Of a DNA stretch of 64,000 bases, positions 37,231-50,237 are shown piece after piece. Within the stretch, counting starts at the first letter, position 1. Each line of letters begins with the position of its first letter. The translations under genes and the position numbers were made by a program. The stretch covers positions 9,114,001-9,178,000 of the forward strand of contig JANJGN010000038.1 in assembly GCA_026770705.1 (NCBI GenBank), read 5' to 3'. This stretch comes from Isurus oxyrinchus. Its lineage: Eukaryota. The notes below the pieces were generated by a model. That model was not told where the DNA came from. It ran no database searches and saw only the letters and a program-made list of their open reading frames with translations.

Positions 37231-37770
37231 CCGATCCTTCACTGGAGCTCACAGTGTCCAAAGAGTACTGTTATCATCAGCCTGTTAGGCACCTTCCTGC
37301 AATACATCTGCTGAACAATATAAGCTTATCACAGCTCTGCTTTCTTCACATTGAAATCCAGTGTAAAAAATGTGAACAACTTCAAAGCTGATTAACGTAG
37401 ACAAGACTGGAAGGAGAGTGTGACTGTTGACAATCGGCACTGTGCACATTCCTGTAATCCGTACCTGGGGGAATCAGGAAGATTAGATCATGGTGTCTTT
37501 TTACTCTATGGTCTGCAAACTTATCGTCTTGTGTCTTACATTCCCACGAACTGACTGTGTCTGCATCAAGCAACTAATTGACCCGGAAGCTGTACGGGCA
37601 GAGGGAGCTGGAGGCGAGACAGGGACAGAAGCAGAAAGAAACGCGACATGAAAATGTTTTGAATGTGATGTCTGTCAGTGGGTGCCAGTGGTGAATGTCT
37701 GCCTTGCCGGTGCCACTGAATGAGGTTGTGTTTTTTTTGTTTTAGAGCAGCAAAATTGAAAGTGACAACA

Positions 37771-37837
37771 GCCCCCAGCGTGGGGCTCCAAGAACTGACC
37801 CTGAAATTAAGCGTTCTGTTAACTGAGGTAGCTGGGA
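37771..37837 (-). pseudogene. tRNA-Lys(CTT)-derived pseudogene
   Basis: Resembles the reverse complement of tRNA-Lys ('cgtggggctc..a....gaccctga.attaag...actgag.tagc.ggg') with a deletion. Confidence 0.5.
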
Positions 37838-39298
37838 ATGCGGGAAGGAATCCTTCATATCACAACACATATGGCGACAGACGTGTTTTTTTCACCTGGA
37901 GCCTCAGCTTGTTCTGAATCTGAGTGTAGAAGGGAGTCGACCTACAAAAGCCCCAAGGTTGCAATGCATTCCTCTCAATCTCAGTAACATCGTTCACATC
38001 TTCCACTTCTTAGTTAGACCTCGTTCCAAAAATTTCAAACTCTCTTTAATTTTTCATCCTCACATTTTTCTCTAACATTTTAACATGAAGTTGTGCAACT
38101 AATTTAAATAAAGTTAGTGATGGTAAAAATGTGTTCACCCCTCGGGGAACTGACTCATATTGACACACACAGAGGAACAGACACAAACATATGCACCGAG
38201 GGTGACAGAGGGCAAGGGTTTGTCTCTAAGGAGAGGCAAATATCCATAAAGCAAGCATGACACCAAGTTTTATTCCAGTTCCAAGTTTCATGAATGTTTT
38301 CGTGAACGAACAAATAGAAAAAAAACCAAGTGTTTGTATGGATTTTATTGAATTCAACCGATAATTAACTCTGTAGACACATTTTAAACCAGGAATAATG
38401 ACAAGTGGGAATCTCAATGGACTTGGGCTCCATCACCTAAATCAATCGACCACGACAACTAGCCCTGTGCACAGGTTAATGTCGATGGTATAAAATCATA
38501 AATATCTACAGCAGAGGAAGACAACATTCTGCCCATCGTGACAATGCCGGCTGATGGCAAAAGGAATACAGCTAATTTGATAACCCCACATTTTCTCTAC
38601 TGCAATTTAAATTGATATTGTCTCTCCTCCCTCTTCCTGTTAAAATGAAGCATGACAGGCATCTATTTTGACAGTGAGCTGGCACCTTTTACATGTTTCG
38701 CGTTTGTAGTTGCATGTTAAGTGAATGTAATATATCTCAGTCACATTACATTTCCTCTTCACCATTTCACAGGATAAATCCTCAGCAAAGTGAGAAAATC
38801 TTTCAGCTGGCAGCGGGTGATTGGAGAGTGGGGGGTCGGAATATTGCTACTTTTCTGCTTTTCTCTGTCTCGCTCACTGTGGAGCCGAGAAAGAAAGAAT
38901 CATTGACGGGTTTGTTGGACTCCAATAATTTCACACGTGTCTATTGAGTTAGGTGTAATTATATAGTCGTTTATTGTTTTTTATTGTGTTTGAAATGAAC
39001 ATTCAAAACAAAAACATCGGTGTGGGAACACACTGGTTAAGGGTAAAGTTTGTGGAATAATTCCTTGCAGCTCAAGTAGCCAATGAGAGCCCGGAACTGT
39101 GTGACAATGAAAGCTGATAGGGAAAAATAGCTTGACACTTTTGTCTCTGGGTGGTTTTGAACCATCAACTTTTTGCTTAACAGTTGAATGCGATAAACAA
39201 TTGTGCCACAGAGACAGACGTAAGGCTGACTTGCCAACTTTCCTAAACCAGGGTGTCAGTTAATTTAAGCTTCAGATTGCTGCTACCGGGATGACAAT

Positions 39299-39436
39299 CC
39301 TAATTCTGTTGAAGGGTCATGAGGACTCGAACCGTCAACTCTTTTCTTCTCCGCCGGTGCTGCCAGACCTGCTGAGTTTTTCCAGGTAATTCTGTTTTTG
39401 TTTTGGATTTCCAGCATCCGCAGTTTTTTTGTTTTT
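39299..39436 (+). mobile_element. Short Penelope-terminus insertion with hammerhead-like core and 8-bp target-site duplication
   Basis: ATGACAAT at 39291-39298 and 39437-39444; the inverted paralog has a single empty site at 50098-50105. Confidence 0.8.
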
Positions 39437-39439
39437 ATG

Positions 39440-39920
39440 ACAATTGTTCTGTTCACTTTTACTCTTCCAAAATAAAGGGAGGGACGTTCACTGAGGATAC
39501 ATGGAAACAGTCTGATCCCACCCACTGCTGACACATCCATATCACCAGGACCGTGCTCTCTGACAACCGGTGCCGTCTTCTTTCCAGCCTTTCGGTGTCT
39601 TGTCTGTTACCAAGTATTCTCATTGTCCTGAAGCCGCTGTTAGGTTTGAGTTCCTGATGTACAGTAACGAGAATCATTTCAATCTCTCAGGTCAGTTAAT
39701 TTCACTGATAACTTCAGAGTCAATGTTCCAGCGTCTTAAAGAAGGGAAAGGTACCTTGAATGTCTCTGGTCAGTTGAACAGATCACCCTTCATTCTCCTC
39801 TGATTCTGGTTCCCAAAGAGTTTCTAAAGATTCACAAAGCTGGACACTGGGTTTTCTGTTTTGGTTCCTTCTCCATTTTCCCACCTGCCAACTGACAATA
39901 TTTTCCAAATATTGAGGAGA
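39440..39920. repeat. Inverted segmental duplication with ~49640-50100
   Basis: e.g. 'ccaaagagtttctaaagattcacaaagctgga.actgggttttctgttttggttccttctccattttcccacctgc' is the reverse complement of ~49654-49730. Confidence 0.88.
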
Positions 39921-40573
39921 CAGAAAAGCCTTGAGACACAATTAGATCAGCCGTGATCTTACTGAATGGCAGAGCGGGGTCAAAGGGCTGAATGGCCTCC
40001 TCCTGATCCTCATTCCTCTCTTTCCTGTGTCACAGCCCGGATCAACTCCTGACTTTAGCAAACTGCCTTCGGAATTAATGATCAGTTAAATGAAATAAAA
40101 ACCATCCAACTATTTCCGTGTTTCTTATTTCCGTTCCTCTGCAAACATTCACTAAGTTTGCAAGCTGAAATGGAACAATAATTGGCCAAGTTGGTGACAT
40201 CCTTGTTTTCTGGGTGTTTGTCACTCTTGGTGTAAAGGTCTGTGTGTGTCAATGTGCTTCAGTTCCCCGAGGGGTTGAACACATTTTCACCATCACAAGC
40301 TTTATTCATATTGGTTGCGCAGTTTCATACTAAAATGTTACAGAGACAATATCAAGATGAAAGATTGAAGAGGGGTTTGCAATGTTTGGAAGGAGGTGCA
40401 GCTAAGAAGTGGAAGATGTGAATGATGTTATTGATGATTGAGAGGAATGTATTGCAAACTTGGGGCTTTTGGTGGTCGATCACCTTTGAAATTCAGAACA
40501 AGCTGAGGCTTGAAGTCTATAACAGCAGTGATCTCCAAGGATGTAGGGATGTGCAATACTTCGCTCTTCTTAT

Positions 40574-40646
40574 GCCTGGCGAGTTCAGTCGACAGCGTCT
40601 GAGATTCTTAAGGCCAGGTTGTTGGGTTTGCGACCTGTGCTCGACG
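40574..40646 (+). pseudogene. tRNA-Lys(CTT)-derived pseudogene
   Basis: GCCTGGCGAGTTCAGTCGACAGCGTCTGAGATTCTTAAGGCCAGGTTGTTGGGTTTGCGACCTGTGCTCGACG, 73 nt. Confidence 0.55.
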
Positions 40647-42217
40647 AAATTCCCTTTTTAAACTTTGCTGCTTCCATGGGTGATCCCCAGGTCTCCATTC
40701 CTCCGGCAGTGTCACCGCTCAAACCGAATCTTTCTCCATCCCGCTTTGTTAATATCACAGCTGCTGGTTTCTGAGTGAAAACAGCTCTCTGCATCATTGA
40801 AAGTCAGAGTATTTAATTCTGAGCATTTGGTGCTTTCACCACCGCAGCCTAGGTTTAATTCCCGTACAGGGAAAACCTTTTCCTTTCCATTGTGTGAACT
40901 ATCACAATGAATAGGAATTCCTTATTGAATGAAACCAGGTCTGGCAGCGTCTGTGGAGTGAGAAACAGAGATAATCTTCCAGCTGGATGATCTTTCATCA
41001 GAGCTGGAAAAGTCAGAGATGTAACAGGTGGAAAACAAGTCCAGAGGCGGTGGGAGGGGAATGAAAGGACAAAAGGGAAGGACTGTGATAGGTTACAAGG
41101 CATGAGAGAGAAACAGACTAAAGGAATGATGGTGCAAAATGTGGGTGGGAATGGGACAGATTTTTCTTCCTGCCGTTCAAACTGGGACAAATATCACTGA
41201 TCAACCAATCACAACTGCTCTTTCAAAGCAGTGCGCCGGGCCGCATGGCCTCTTTCTGTGCTGTAATTTTCTATAATTATTTCATTTCTATCCTCACTGC
41301 TGTTGCCTTCACAGTCATTCCATCATCTTACAACCCATTCCAGTAAAATCCACCTTCTTCCCTTGTGTTCAGCACCTATAAGGTCATGGGACTGAGTAAA
41401 TTCAGTGGGAAATTTCCTTCTCATTTAGCACGAGATTTGGAAACAGGTCTGGGAAATATTTGTGTCATTGCAAACAATACAATCTCCACTATCACCTCTA
41501 CATTTTCCCATGCACCACCATTTCTATGGTCACTGCTTTTCAGCCTATCACAGCCCTTCTCTGATTCCCTACCTTCACCTCTGTCTTTGTTCCCCACCTG
41601 TTGCACAGGTGTCATTTCCGGCTCTGATGCAAAACTCCAGCTCTCACTCCACTGATTCAGGCGGAGTTGATATGCGTTTTCAGTTTTCAGTCAGGAAGTA
41701 ATGCACATTTATTTTAATCATTCGCATGACATTTATAAGCGCCAAATCCTAACCACTAGACCCCAAGGCCCGGCTTATCCATGCTACCTGTGCATTTTAT
41801 TTTCATTTCACAACTCTTTCACTAGAGGCACTTTTCTCCCACAAAATGACACGTTTATGTCGAACACAAATGACTTCTTCAGCCAATGACAACAGCGATT
41901 GTTGTTAGCTGGAGCAGTATTCATTGGCTCACAGTCCCACGTTGTCATTGGGTCCTTAAGCGACTAAAGAGGACAGAAATCGCCAACTCTCCTGTTACCC
42001 GGCGAGTTCCAATATTCAATTTATTGAATATTCATTTTGAATATTCCCCACTCACCGGCTGCCAGTTGAAGGATATCCTCACTTTGCTGTGTCCACTTTG
42101 TGAAAAGACGAAGAGTAAGTGCAATCCGAATGTGAGATTCTGCATTCAGCTAATATTCAACAACAAGCAGGGAACAAAGCAACTTTCCCTCTCCCCTAAT
42201 TGAACAATTTGCAATAA

Positions 42218-42290
42218 TGTTTTTGCCCGGTTTTGAACCGAGGACCTTTCGCGTGTAAGGCGAATGTGATAACCACTACACTACAGAAAC
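42218..42290 (-). tRNA. tRNA-Val(TAC), one acceptor-stem mismatch and T-loop TTCAAAA; possibly a pseudogene
   Basis: GTTTCTGTAGTGTAGTGGTTATCACATTCGCCTTACACGCGAAAGGTCCTCGGTTCAAAACCGGGCAAAAACA. Confidence 0.8.
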
Positions 42291-42955
42291 GTCACGCACC
42301 AGTGTCAAGTGCACCTGACTACAATGCAGTACCGCAGCAGCACTTTGGGTCTTTGTTTTGAAGAAATGGAATTCGGCTGTTCTCAGTAGGAATGCTGGAG
42401 ACAGACTGATCAACAATGTCATCATCAAATGGCACAGCGTGTTGGAGAGTTATTAGATCATCGCAGCTTCTTTTTTAAAGAGCAATCAATTAGTCTCAAT
42501 ATTCCTCTCTCTTTCCATAAGCCTCAATTTTTCTATTTCAACTAACTGTCTAATTCACTTTTGAAGAATGAGTTTCTGCAGAATCCATGCACAGTTTCCC
42601 TGACTCAGTGACATGGAGATTTGGACTTGGGTTCCTTCCAGTCCCTCGAGGAGTTGATCCTAATTCCAGCGCTGCCGCAGTTTAAGTCACATTCCCACTT
42701 TTGCACACTTTAGGAATTCCTTTTCGGAGAACAAGAGGGAGCTCTAGTTTAATACAGGGCGGGTTGTGGTCCTTTATTTTGTTTGGAAAAGCATGGAGAG
42801 GCAATACAAATATAAATTGTTGTGGGGGTAAAGGCAGGTGTGTGGAATGGGTAGAGCTACTCTTCCAATGAGCCAGCACAGACACGACGGGCCGATTGAC
42901 TTATTTCGCAGTCACCTCTGATTTGATAAGGACACATTGGAGCTCGCAAGCAGCT

Positions 42956-43037
42956 GTTAGTCGAGCTGAATGTTTAAGGTGACGGATTTGAAATCCATTG
43001 GGGTCTCCCCCTGTAGGTTTGAATCCTGCTGACTACA
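42956..43037 (+). pseudogene. tRNA-Ser(TGA) pseudogene
   Basis: '...ttaaggtgacggatttgaaatccattggggtctcccc..gtaggtttgaatcctgctgactaca'; A and B boxes damaged. Confidence 0.7.
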
Positions 43038-43292
43038 GTTCACATTCTTCCTCATTTTAACCAGGTGCCGCCAACCTCATCCTTGCGGCTACTGTGAAAC
43101 TGACAAGGTGGCACATGGCAGAAATTCATCTCTGAAAGTAACTGACACATATCAAATTCATGTCGCGTCTTTTAACTTCCTGTTCTCCATCTCAGCCATT
43201 TTCACGTCTCTCAAATGTCACCCACCTGGGACTTAGCATCTACCTCAGTCTATTGAATATGGACGCTTTCCTGTGTGGTCTTGTTAGCTGGT

Positions 43293-43365
43293 GGCTCCAT
43301 AGCTCAGTGGTTGGGGCACTGCTCTTATACATCAGGGGCTGTAAGTTCAACCTTCACTAGAGCCT
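43293..43365 (+). pseudogene. tRNA-Thr(TGT)-derived pseudogene
   Basis: GGCTCCATAGCTCAGTGGTTGGGGCACTGCTCTTATACATCAGGGGCTGTAAGTTCAACCTTCACTAGAGCCT. Confidence 0.7.
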
Positions 43366-43436
43366 TTCATTAACCTTTAACTGAGAATATGAAGTTATGT
43401 GGAAAGCTGAAAAACCGAATATTAATATATAAGAAG

Positions 43437-44746
43437 AAAATGCAAAGTACTGTGGTGAAGCATTTTGCTTTTAAGTTAAAGTACTGTGGATGCTGTAAAT
43501 CTGAAGTACAAACTCAGCATCCGACAGCATCTGTGGAGAGAGAAACAGAGTCAACGTCTCGAGTCTGTGTGATCTTCTTCAGAGCTAAAGAGAAGCAGAA
43601 ATGTTCACTGTTTTTATACTGTTTACAAGGGCGTGGGGTGGAGCAGTTGGGGAAGTCAGGAGGAATTGGCAAAGATATTATGTGCACAAGACGAAGGGAG
43701 TGTTAATGGTAGCGGTAAGGACTAAAAATGGTGCTGATAATTGCTAAAAGGTAAGAAAGCAGAATGTGTGAATAGCAGAATAAGGATCAGCACTTTGTGA
43801 AAGAACAACATAGAGCAATGACAGATGGCCCTTTAGGGGCCTCTCTCCTCACCTTCCAAGTGCCCAAACACTCCTTTCAGGTGAAGTAGCGCTTCATGTG
43901 CACCTCCATTTTGATCCATTGCATTCACTGCTCCCAATGCGGTCTCCCCTACATTCGAGAGACCAAAAGCAGACTGGCCAACCGCTTTGTGCAACATCTT
44001 CAGTCTGTCTGCAAGCATGACCCAGACCACCCTGTCATTTGCCATTTCAACACTCCACCCTGCTGTCATGTGCACATGTCTGTCCTTGGCTTGCTGCATT
44101 GTTCCAGTGAAGCTCAGCACAAACTCGAGGAACAGCACCTCATCTTCCAACTAGGCACTTTATAGTCTTCCGGATGTAACATGAAGTTCAGCAACTTCAG
44201 ATCATGAACTCTCTCCTTCATTTTCACCCTTTTTAAAATCTCCTTATAAAAATGTATTTTATTAACTTATTTTTCATTCATTTATTCATTATTTCACCCC
44301 ACCCCTTTTATTATCCCCTTTTCTATCTTTTTTCCCCAACTATCTCCCCCTCCCACATCCCACCCTCAAAAGGGCCAGCTGTTACTTGTTCCATGTTGTT
44401 TTTTTCACAGAGCGCTGAACCTTGTTCTGCTATTCACATATCCTGCTTTCTTATCTTTATGTCACTATCAGCACCTTCTTCAGCCCTTACCACTACAATT
44501 AACACTCCCTTTGTCTTGTGTCCAGCGAATATTTGTCAGTCTCTCCTTAGCCCCCACTTATCAGTGACCTTCTATCCAGACTCACCTGCTCTACCCGTCC
44601 CGCTCTGCTTAAACAGGAGAATTTAAACAATTTCTACTTTTCTTCATCTCTGAAGAAGAGTTATACGGACTCGAAACGTTAACACTGTTTCCCTCTCCAC
44701 CGAGTCTGTGAGACCTGTTGAGTTTTTCCAAGAATTTATGTTTTTG
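43437..44746 (+). mobile_element. Truncated Penelope-like element (GIY-YIG end) with inverted terminal segment and 14-bp TSD
   Basis: CIHCSQCGLPYIRETKSRLANRFVQH (GIY-YIG region); ~43485-43600 is inverted relative to ~44640-44745; TAATATATAAGAAG at 43423-43436 and 44747-44760. Confidence 0.85.
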
Positions 44747-45709
44747 TAATATATAAGAAGCGACTGGACAACAAGATGGGAGATGGAGAAAAATGTTGCA
44801 AAGACTGAATTAACTCAGTCAGTCGTAGTAATTTTTAAAAAACAGCAAAGCAGAACACGTTTGAAAAGGTGAGAAAGATGTGCTGATGTTCAAAGAGACT
44901 CGGCTGCACTTGTGCAAAGAACGTGGAAAGTTACATCCCTCCCTACGGCACAACTGATCAGCGTGTTCGACTAACTGAAAGTTTGGTGGTTCTCAGGGCC
45001 GAAGGTTCCAATGTTTTTTCCTCCCATCAATATTCATTGTCCCACAGAATTGGGTTATCAAGAAATGTTTCCACAAATGTTGCCAGTTCTACTTCTCCGC
45101 AGTGAATTTTGAACCAGAGAATCTTCCCCATGTACAGCAAATGAGATAACATTGGACTACAAAAACTACACGCAACTCCTTGCAGAACGACTTAGAATAT
45201 TAAACTTTGCTATCTTATTGCAGTTCCGAACCTTGTTTTGTGGAAGTACAATTCGATTGAGAACCTGAGCCATGCGGTAGAGAAATTGATCGAACATTAG
45301 AATCATGAGATGGCACAGCACATAAGCAATTCATTCAACACCTCACACATGTGCGAACAGCCTTACAGCAAATCCGTCCCCATCTTTCTCTCTTTTTGCC
45401 AAGCCATGCACTTTTCAGAATATTGTTCAAAACCTGGAGAAGTATAAATGTCACTTTGTTTTGAGATGATGCATCCAGTTACTATTTAACAACAAACGGG
45501 AACGATGCAATCTTTCCTCACATTTAATTCTGTTAATGCTTCCACCCCATTTTCGCACGGGGAAACTTCTTTGGTAAGAGACCATAATCCCTGTTACTCT
45601 ACACAAACTCTGCAATGTTTCGGGAAACTTTCCGTGTGTGAGAGAGTGTGATCCCTATTACCCTACATGAACCCTGCAATTTGAAGAGCCCAATTTAACA
45701 CACAGAAGA

Positions 45710-46776
45710 CAGACAGTCGAGATTATTCAGATTGGAAAGATGTAACTGCTGGAGTGCCATAAGGATCAGTCTCAGGGAGTCAATTATTTACAATTTATAC
45801 TAATGACATGGAGGAGGGGGCAGAGTGTAATGTATCCAAATTTCCTGACGATATAAAAATAGGTGGGAGGTCAGGTTGTGATAAGGACTTGAAGAATCTT
45901 CAAGGGGATATAGATAAGTTGAGTCAGTGGGCAAAAGTTGGCAGATGGAGTGTAATGTAGGAAAGTTTGAGATCATACACATTGTTAGGAGGAATTGAAA
46001 GGCAGAATATTATTTAAATGGCGGAGACTCCAAAAAAGTGCAGCACAGAGGGATCTGGGTGTTCCTATGCATGAAAAACAAAAGCTTGGCATGCAGGTGC
46101 AGCAAGTCATTAAGAAGGCAAATGGAATTTTGGCCTGTTTTGCTCGTGGTTGGAGTTTAAAAATCGGGAAGTCTTGTTACAGCTGTACAGGGTGTTGGTG
46201 AGGCTGCACCTGGAGTCCTGTGTACAGTTTTGGTCCCCATATTTAAGGAAGCATTTTTGGCATTGCAGGCAGTTCAAAAGAGATTCACTAGCCTGATTCC
46301 TGGGATGAAGGAGTTGACTAATCAAGAACTGTTAAGCAAGTGAAGACTTTATTCATTAGAGTTTAGAATACTGAGGGTTGATCTTATTAAAACGTGCAAG
46401 ATTCCTAGGTGGTTGACAGGTTAGATGTTGAAAAGATGTTTCCACTAATGGGGGAACCTCCAGCGAGGGGACATAGTTACAGAATCGGAGGGCACTCATT
46501 TAAAACTGAGATGCGAAGGAATTTCTTCTCCCAGAGGGCAGTGTATGTTTGGAATTCTCTACCCAAGACAGTTGTGGAGGCTAGCTCACTGAGAGTATTT
46601 AAAGAGGAGTAGATAGATTTTCGAAATATCGGGGATTGAGGGCTATGAGGAGCTGGCAGGAAAGATGAGTTGAGACCTGGGGGAGAGTAGCCATGATCTT
46701 ATTGAATAGCGGGGTAGGCTGGAGGGGCCGAATGCCCGACTCCTGTTCCAATTTCTAATGTCCTTATGTTCTTATG
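45710..46776 (+). mobile_element. CR1 LINE 3' fragment (RT C-terminus to tail)
   Basis: GVPxGSV, 'FPDDIKIGG', [29 protein letters not shown] motifs; tail 'ccttatgttcttatg'. Confidence 0.85.
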
Positions 46777-46863
46777 AAACGTGTCTCTGGTGAAAAAGGT
46801 CTGAAACAAAAATAAAAGACACTGGTAGCATAGATAAGCCGCTTGTGAAGCGTGTAAGCAGCT

Positions 46864-46935
46864 TTCTTGGTGATCTAGTGGTCAGGATTCAGTACTTTCA
46901 CTGCTGTGGTCCAGGTTTGTTTCCTGGTCAGGGAA
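46864..46935 (+). pseudogene. tRNA-Glu(TTC) pseudogene (CpG-decayed)
   Basis: TTCTTGGTGATCTAGTGGTCAGGATTCAGTACTTTCACTGCTGTGGTCCAGGTTTGTTTCCTGGTCAGGGAA. Confidence 0.75.
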
Positions 46936-47693
46936 TGGAGATTTATTGACTTCGTGCAAACTGTTAAAATGAGTCTGACTTGTTTCTTGGTTAAAAACAG
47001 AAGACTCTCATCTCTGCCAGAATCAGTGGAGTGAGAGCTGGAGTTCTGCCTCTGAGCTGGAAATGTCACCCGTGCAACAGGTCGAGAACAAATATAGAGG
47101 TGAAGATAGGGAATGTGAGAAGGTCCGTGATAGTTCGCAAAACCCTAACCAGAGAGATGCTTGTGCAAGGCAAAATATAGCGGGAATAAGGGAGGCGTTA
47201 CTGTTTACACCGACACAAATATCTCTCAGATCTTGTTCCAAATCTCGTGTTAAGTGAGAAGAAAACTTTTCCCTGAATCTTCCCCCTTTTAACTGCACCT
47301 CCTCCCAAACATTGCAAACTCCTCCTGCATCTTCCATCCTGATATTTTTCTCTGTGAAATTTGAAACTAATGTCAATAAGGTTTGTGATGGTAAAAATGT
47401 GTACATGCCCTTGGGGAACTGAACCACCTTGACACACACAGAGGAACAAACACAGACACATACACCGAGAGTAACAAAAGGCATGGGATTGTCTCGAAGG
47501 AGGTACAAACACCCAAAAATCAAGCCTACACCAACCTGGTTTCGTTTTTGTTCCATTTATCGCTGCAACTTCTGTGAACGTTTACAGATGAATAGAAATT
47601 AGAGAACGCTGGAGGTTTTAGATGTTTTTTATTCAGCTTATTCCGACAATTAATTGTGCAGGTACACTGTAAAATTCAGGAATGATAAGCAGC

Positions 47694-47772
47694 GTAATTA
47701 ACAGGATCCCAGCCTACCTGTGGAGCTCCCAATGCATTCGAAACCTCTCACCTTAACCACTCAGTCACGAAT
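47694..47772 (-). pseudogene. tRNA-Ser-derived pseudogene (similar remnants at ~38405-38459, ~51109-51190 on +, and ~57784-57837)
   Basis: 'caccttaaccactcagtcacga' 5' half recognisable; remainder degenerate. Confidence 0.5.
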
Positions 47773-48058
47773 CCAAGCCCCAGATTTGCATTAATGATGT
47801 TTGTATAAAATCACAGGCGGCTACATCAGACGGTTATTCACCATGTCGTTTACATGCCGACTCTCTAGAAGAGCAACTCAACGACTGTAATTCCAGATCC
47901 CGCCTTTTCCCCACAGCAACTGATATTTATATTGCCTCTCCTCGTTCTTTCTTTCAAAATAAAACACCGCACACTCCGCTAGTGTGAGCTGGTATCTGTC
48001 GATCTGTTGGTTTGAAAGGGGCTGCTGCAGATCCCAAAAGGTGGGGAACCTGAACGCT

Positions 48059-48141
48059 TGGCAGCGGTAGAACTGGACCTCACAGTTCTGTAGATACGGG
48101 AGCCTTAAATCCAGCGACTTAAACCGCTCGGCCACACTATC
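48059..48141 (-). pseudogene. tRNA-Leu(AAG)-derived pseudogene
   Basis: GATAGTGTGGCCGAGCGGTTTAAGTCGCTGGATTTAAGGCTCC...CTACCGCTGCCA; B box destroyed. Confidence 0.65.
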
Positions 48142-50163
48142 ACGTTGCATATACCTGCTCATAATTCCCTTCACTGGTACCATCATCGAAATAGAACAGA
48201 AGCAAAGTAGCAGTAATAGGTCATTGGTAAACTCGAACCAGCTCCGCCAGTTAATCAGATCATCCTGCAATTTGTAACATACAGAAATCATCTCCACTAT
48301 TAACTTCATTAATTGAATGTTTCAAATAATGTGTTTTTTTCTCCTGTGGTGACTGTGCCTGTTTATTGAATGAAATTTTGGTAAAAGATATCCACTGAGG
48401 AAAATGAGGAGATGATTGGTCAGAATAGACATTTGTTTTCTGAAAATTCGATTTGAAATCAACTATTTTTAAAATTTGAATAATTGTAAAAGAATTCAGA
48501 GTCCAACCCTTCATCTCAATGAGTCAGGGAATCTTTGTTAACTTTCACACACTGTGTATGGACACTGCAGAAGCTCCTGCACCTCTTTCAATATTGTAGT
48601 TCTTAACTCAGAGTTTTCAAAAGGGAATTGGACAATGATTTGAAAGGGAGAAAAAAAAATCAGAGTTATGGAAAGAGACAAAGAAATTGAGATTAAGTCG
48701 AAAGCTCTTTGTGAAAAACTGACATCGATACTATGGGCCTCTTGTAGAGCTGTGCCTTTCGATTATGACATTATGGGATCAGTTTTCTCCAGCATTCCCA
48801 AAGAGAACTGCCGAAATCAATTTCTTCAAAATAAAGGCTCAAAGTGCTGCTGCATGACATCACCGCTTAACATTTTAGTGAGGCTCATTGAGCTTTTCTC
48901 CTGTCCCCTGTTTCTGCAGGGCAGTGGTTGTCATGTTTACCTCATATGTGAAGAGTTGCCTCGTTAGAGACTGGCCAGAACCATCATCAAAACTTGCAGA
49001 TTGAAGTTTGTTGAAGACAGCAAGATGCGGTCATGTGTCCTGGTCACTGTTTATCCTTCAGCTAAGTTTATAAGATCTGCGCATTGTCAAGTCCCTGGCT
49101 TTGTGTGTTTGAGGAGCAGCGATTGGCTGCCGTGCTCCCTGCATGAAAACAATGACTCTCCTTCAGAAAGTACTTCAATAAAAGCAAAATACAGGAAATC
49201 TGAAATAAAAATATTAAATGCAGGTAAAACTCAGCAGATCAGACAGCGTCTGTGGAAAACAAAACCTGCTGAGTTTCTCAATCGTTTTCTGTTTTTATTT
49301 CAAAAAGTGCTTAATTGTCTTGAAAGTCGTTTCAGACACCGTTGGTCAGGAAAAGCGCCTTATAAATGCAAGTCTGTCTTTCCTTAACTATCTTTAAATC
49401 CCAATCCTGTGGTTACTGACCCCCGTCAGTGGAAACAGTTTCTCCCTATCTGCACCATCAAGCCGCCTGTCCCCACTGCCCCACCCACCTCATTTTGGAC
49501 AGCTCAGTGAAATCTCCACTTAAACTTCTTTGCTCTAAAGAGAACAATCCCGGTCTCTATAATCTCTCCAAAAACTGAATTTCCTCAACCCTGGAAATGA
49601 TGCGTCTTGCACTGAGGGATTAAGATGAGATTTTGGAAAATATTATCACTTAGCAGGTGGGAAAATGGAGAAGGAACCAAAACAGAAAACCCAGTCTCCA
49701 GCTTTGTGAATCTTTAGAAACTCTTTGGGAACCGGAATCAGAGGAGAATGAGGGTTGAACTGTCGGACTGAGCAGAGACAGTCAAGGCACCTTTCCCTTC
49801 TTTAAGACACAGGAACATTGACGCTGATGTTCTCAGTGAAATTAACTGATCAGAGACATTGAAAGGATTCTCGTTACTGCACATCAGGAATTCAAACCTA
49901 ATTTCGGCTTCGGGACAATCAGAATACTTGGTATCAGTCAAGGAACGCAAAGGCTCGAAGGGAGACGTCACCGGTTGTAGGAGAGCTGGTTCCCGGTGAC
50001 ATGGATGTCTCTGCAGTGGGTGGAATCAGACTGTTTCCACCTATCCACAATGAATGCTCCCCTCTTTATTTTTGGAAGAGTGAAAGTGGTAGAGACAATT
50101 GTCATTCCGGTAGCAGCAATCTGAAGATTTTACTGACTGATATCTTGCTTGAAGCCCTCATCA

Positions 50164-50180
50164 GTCTCTGTGGCGCAATT

Positions 50181-50220
<40 letters not shown>

Positions 50221-50237
50221 GAGACCACCCAGGGACG
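50164..50237 (+). tRNA. TRN-GTT: tRNA-Asn(GTT), likely functional
   Basis: GTCTCTGTGGCGCAATTGGTTAGCGCGTTCGGCTGTTAACCGAAAGGTTGGTGGTTCGAGACCACCCAGGGACG; all stems pair, CpGs retained, T5 terminator at 50250-50254. Confidence 0.92.

Noticed and set aside
39570-39803. 77-aa ORF preserved in the inverted paralog 49738-49971
   Set aside because: 27 of 77 residues differ, many non-conservatively; GTG starts and no recognisable domain; consistent with neutral duplication.
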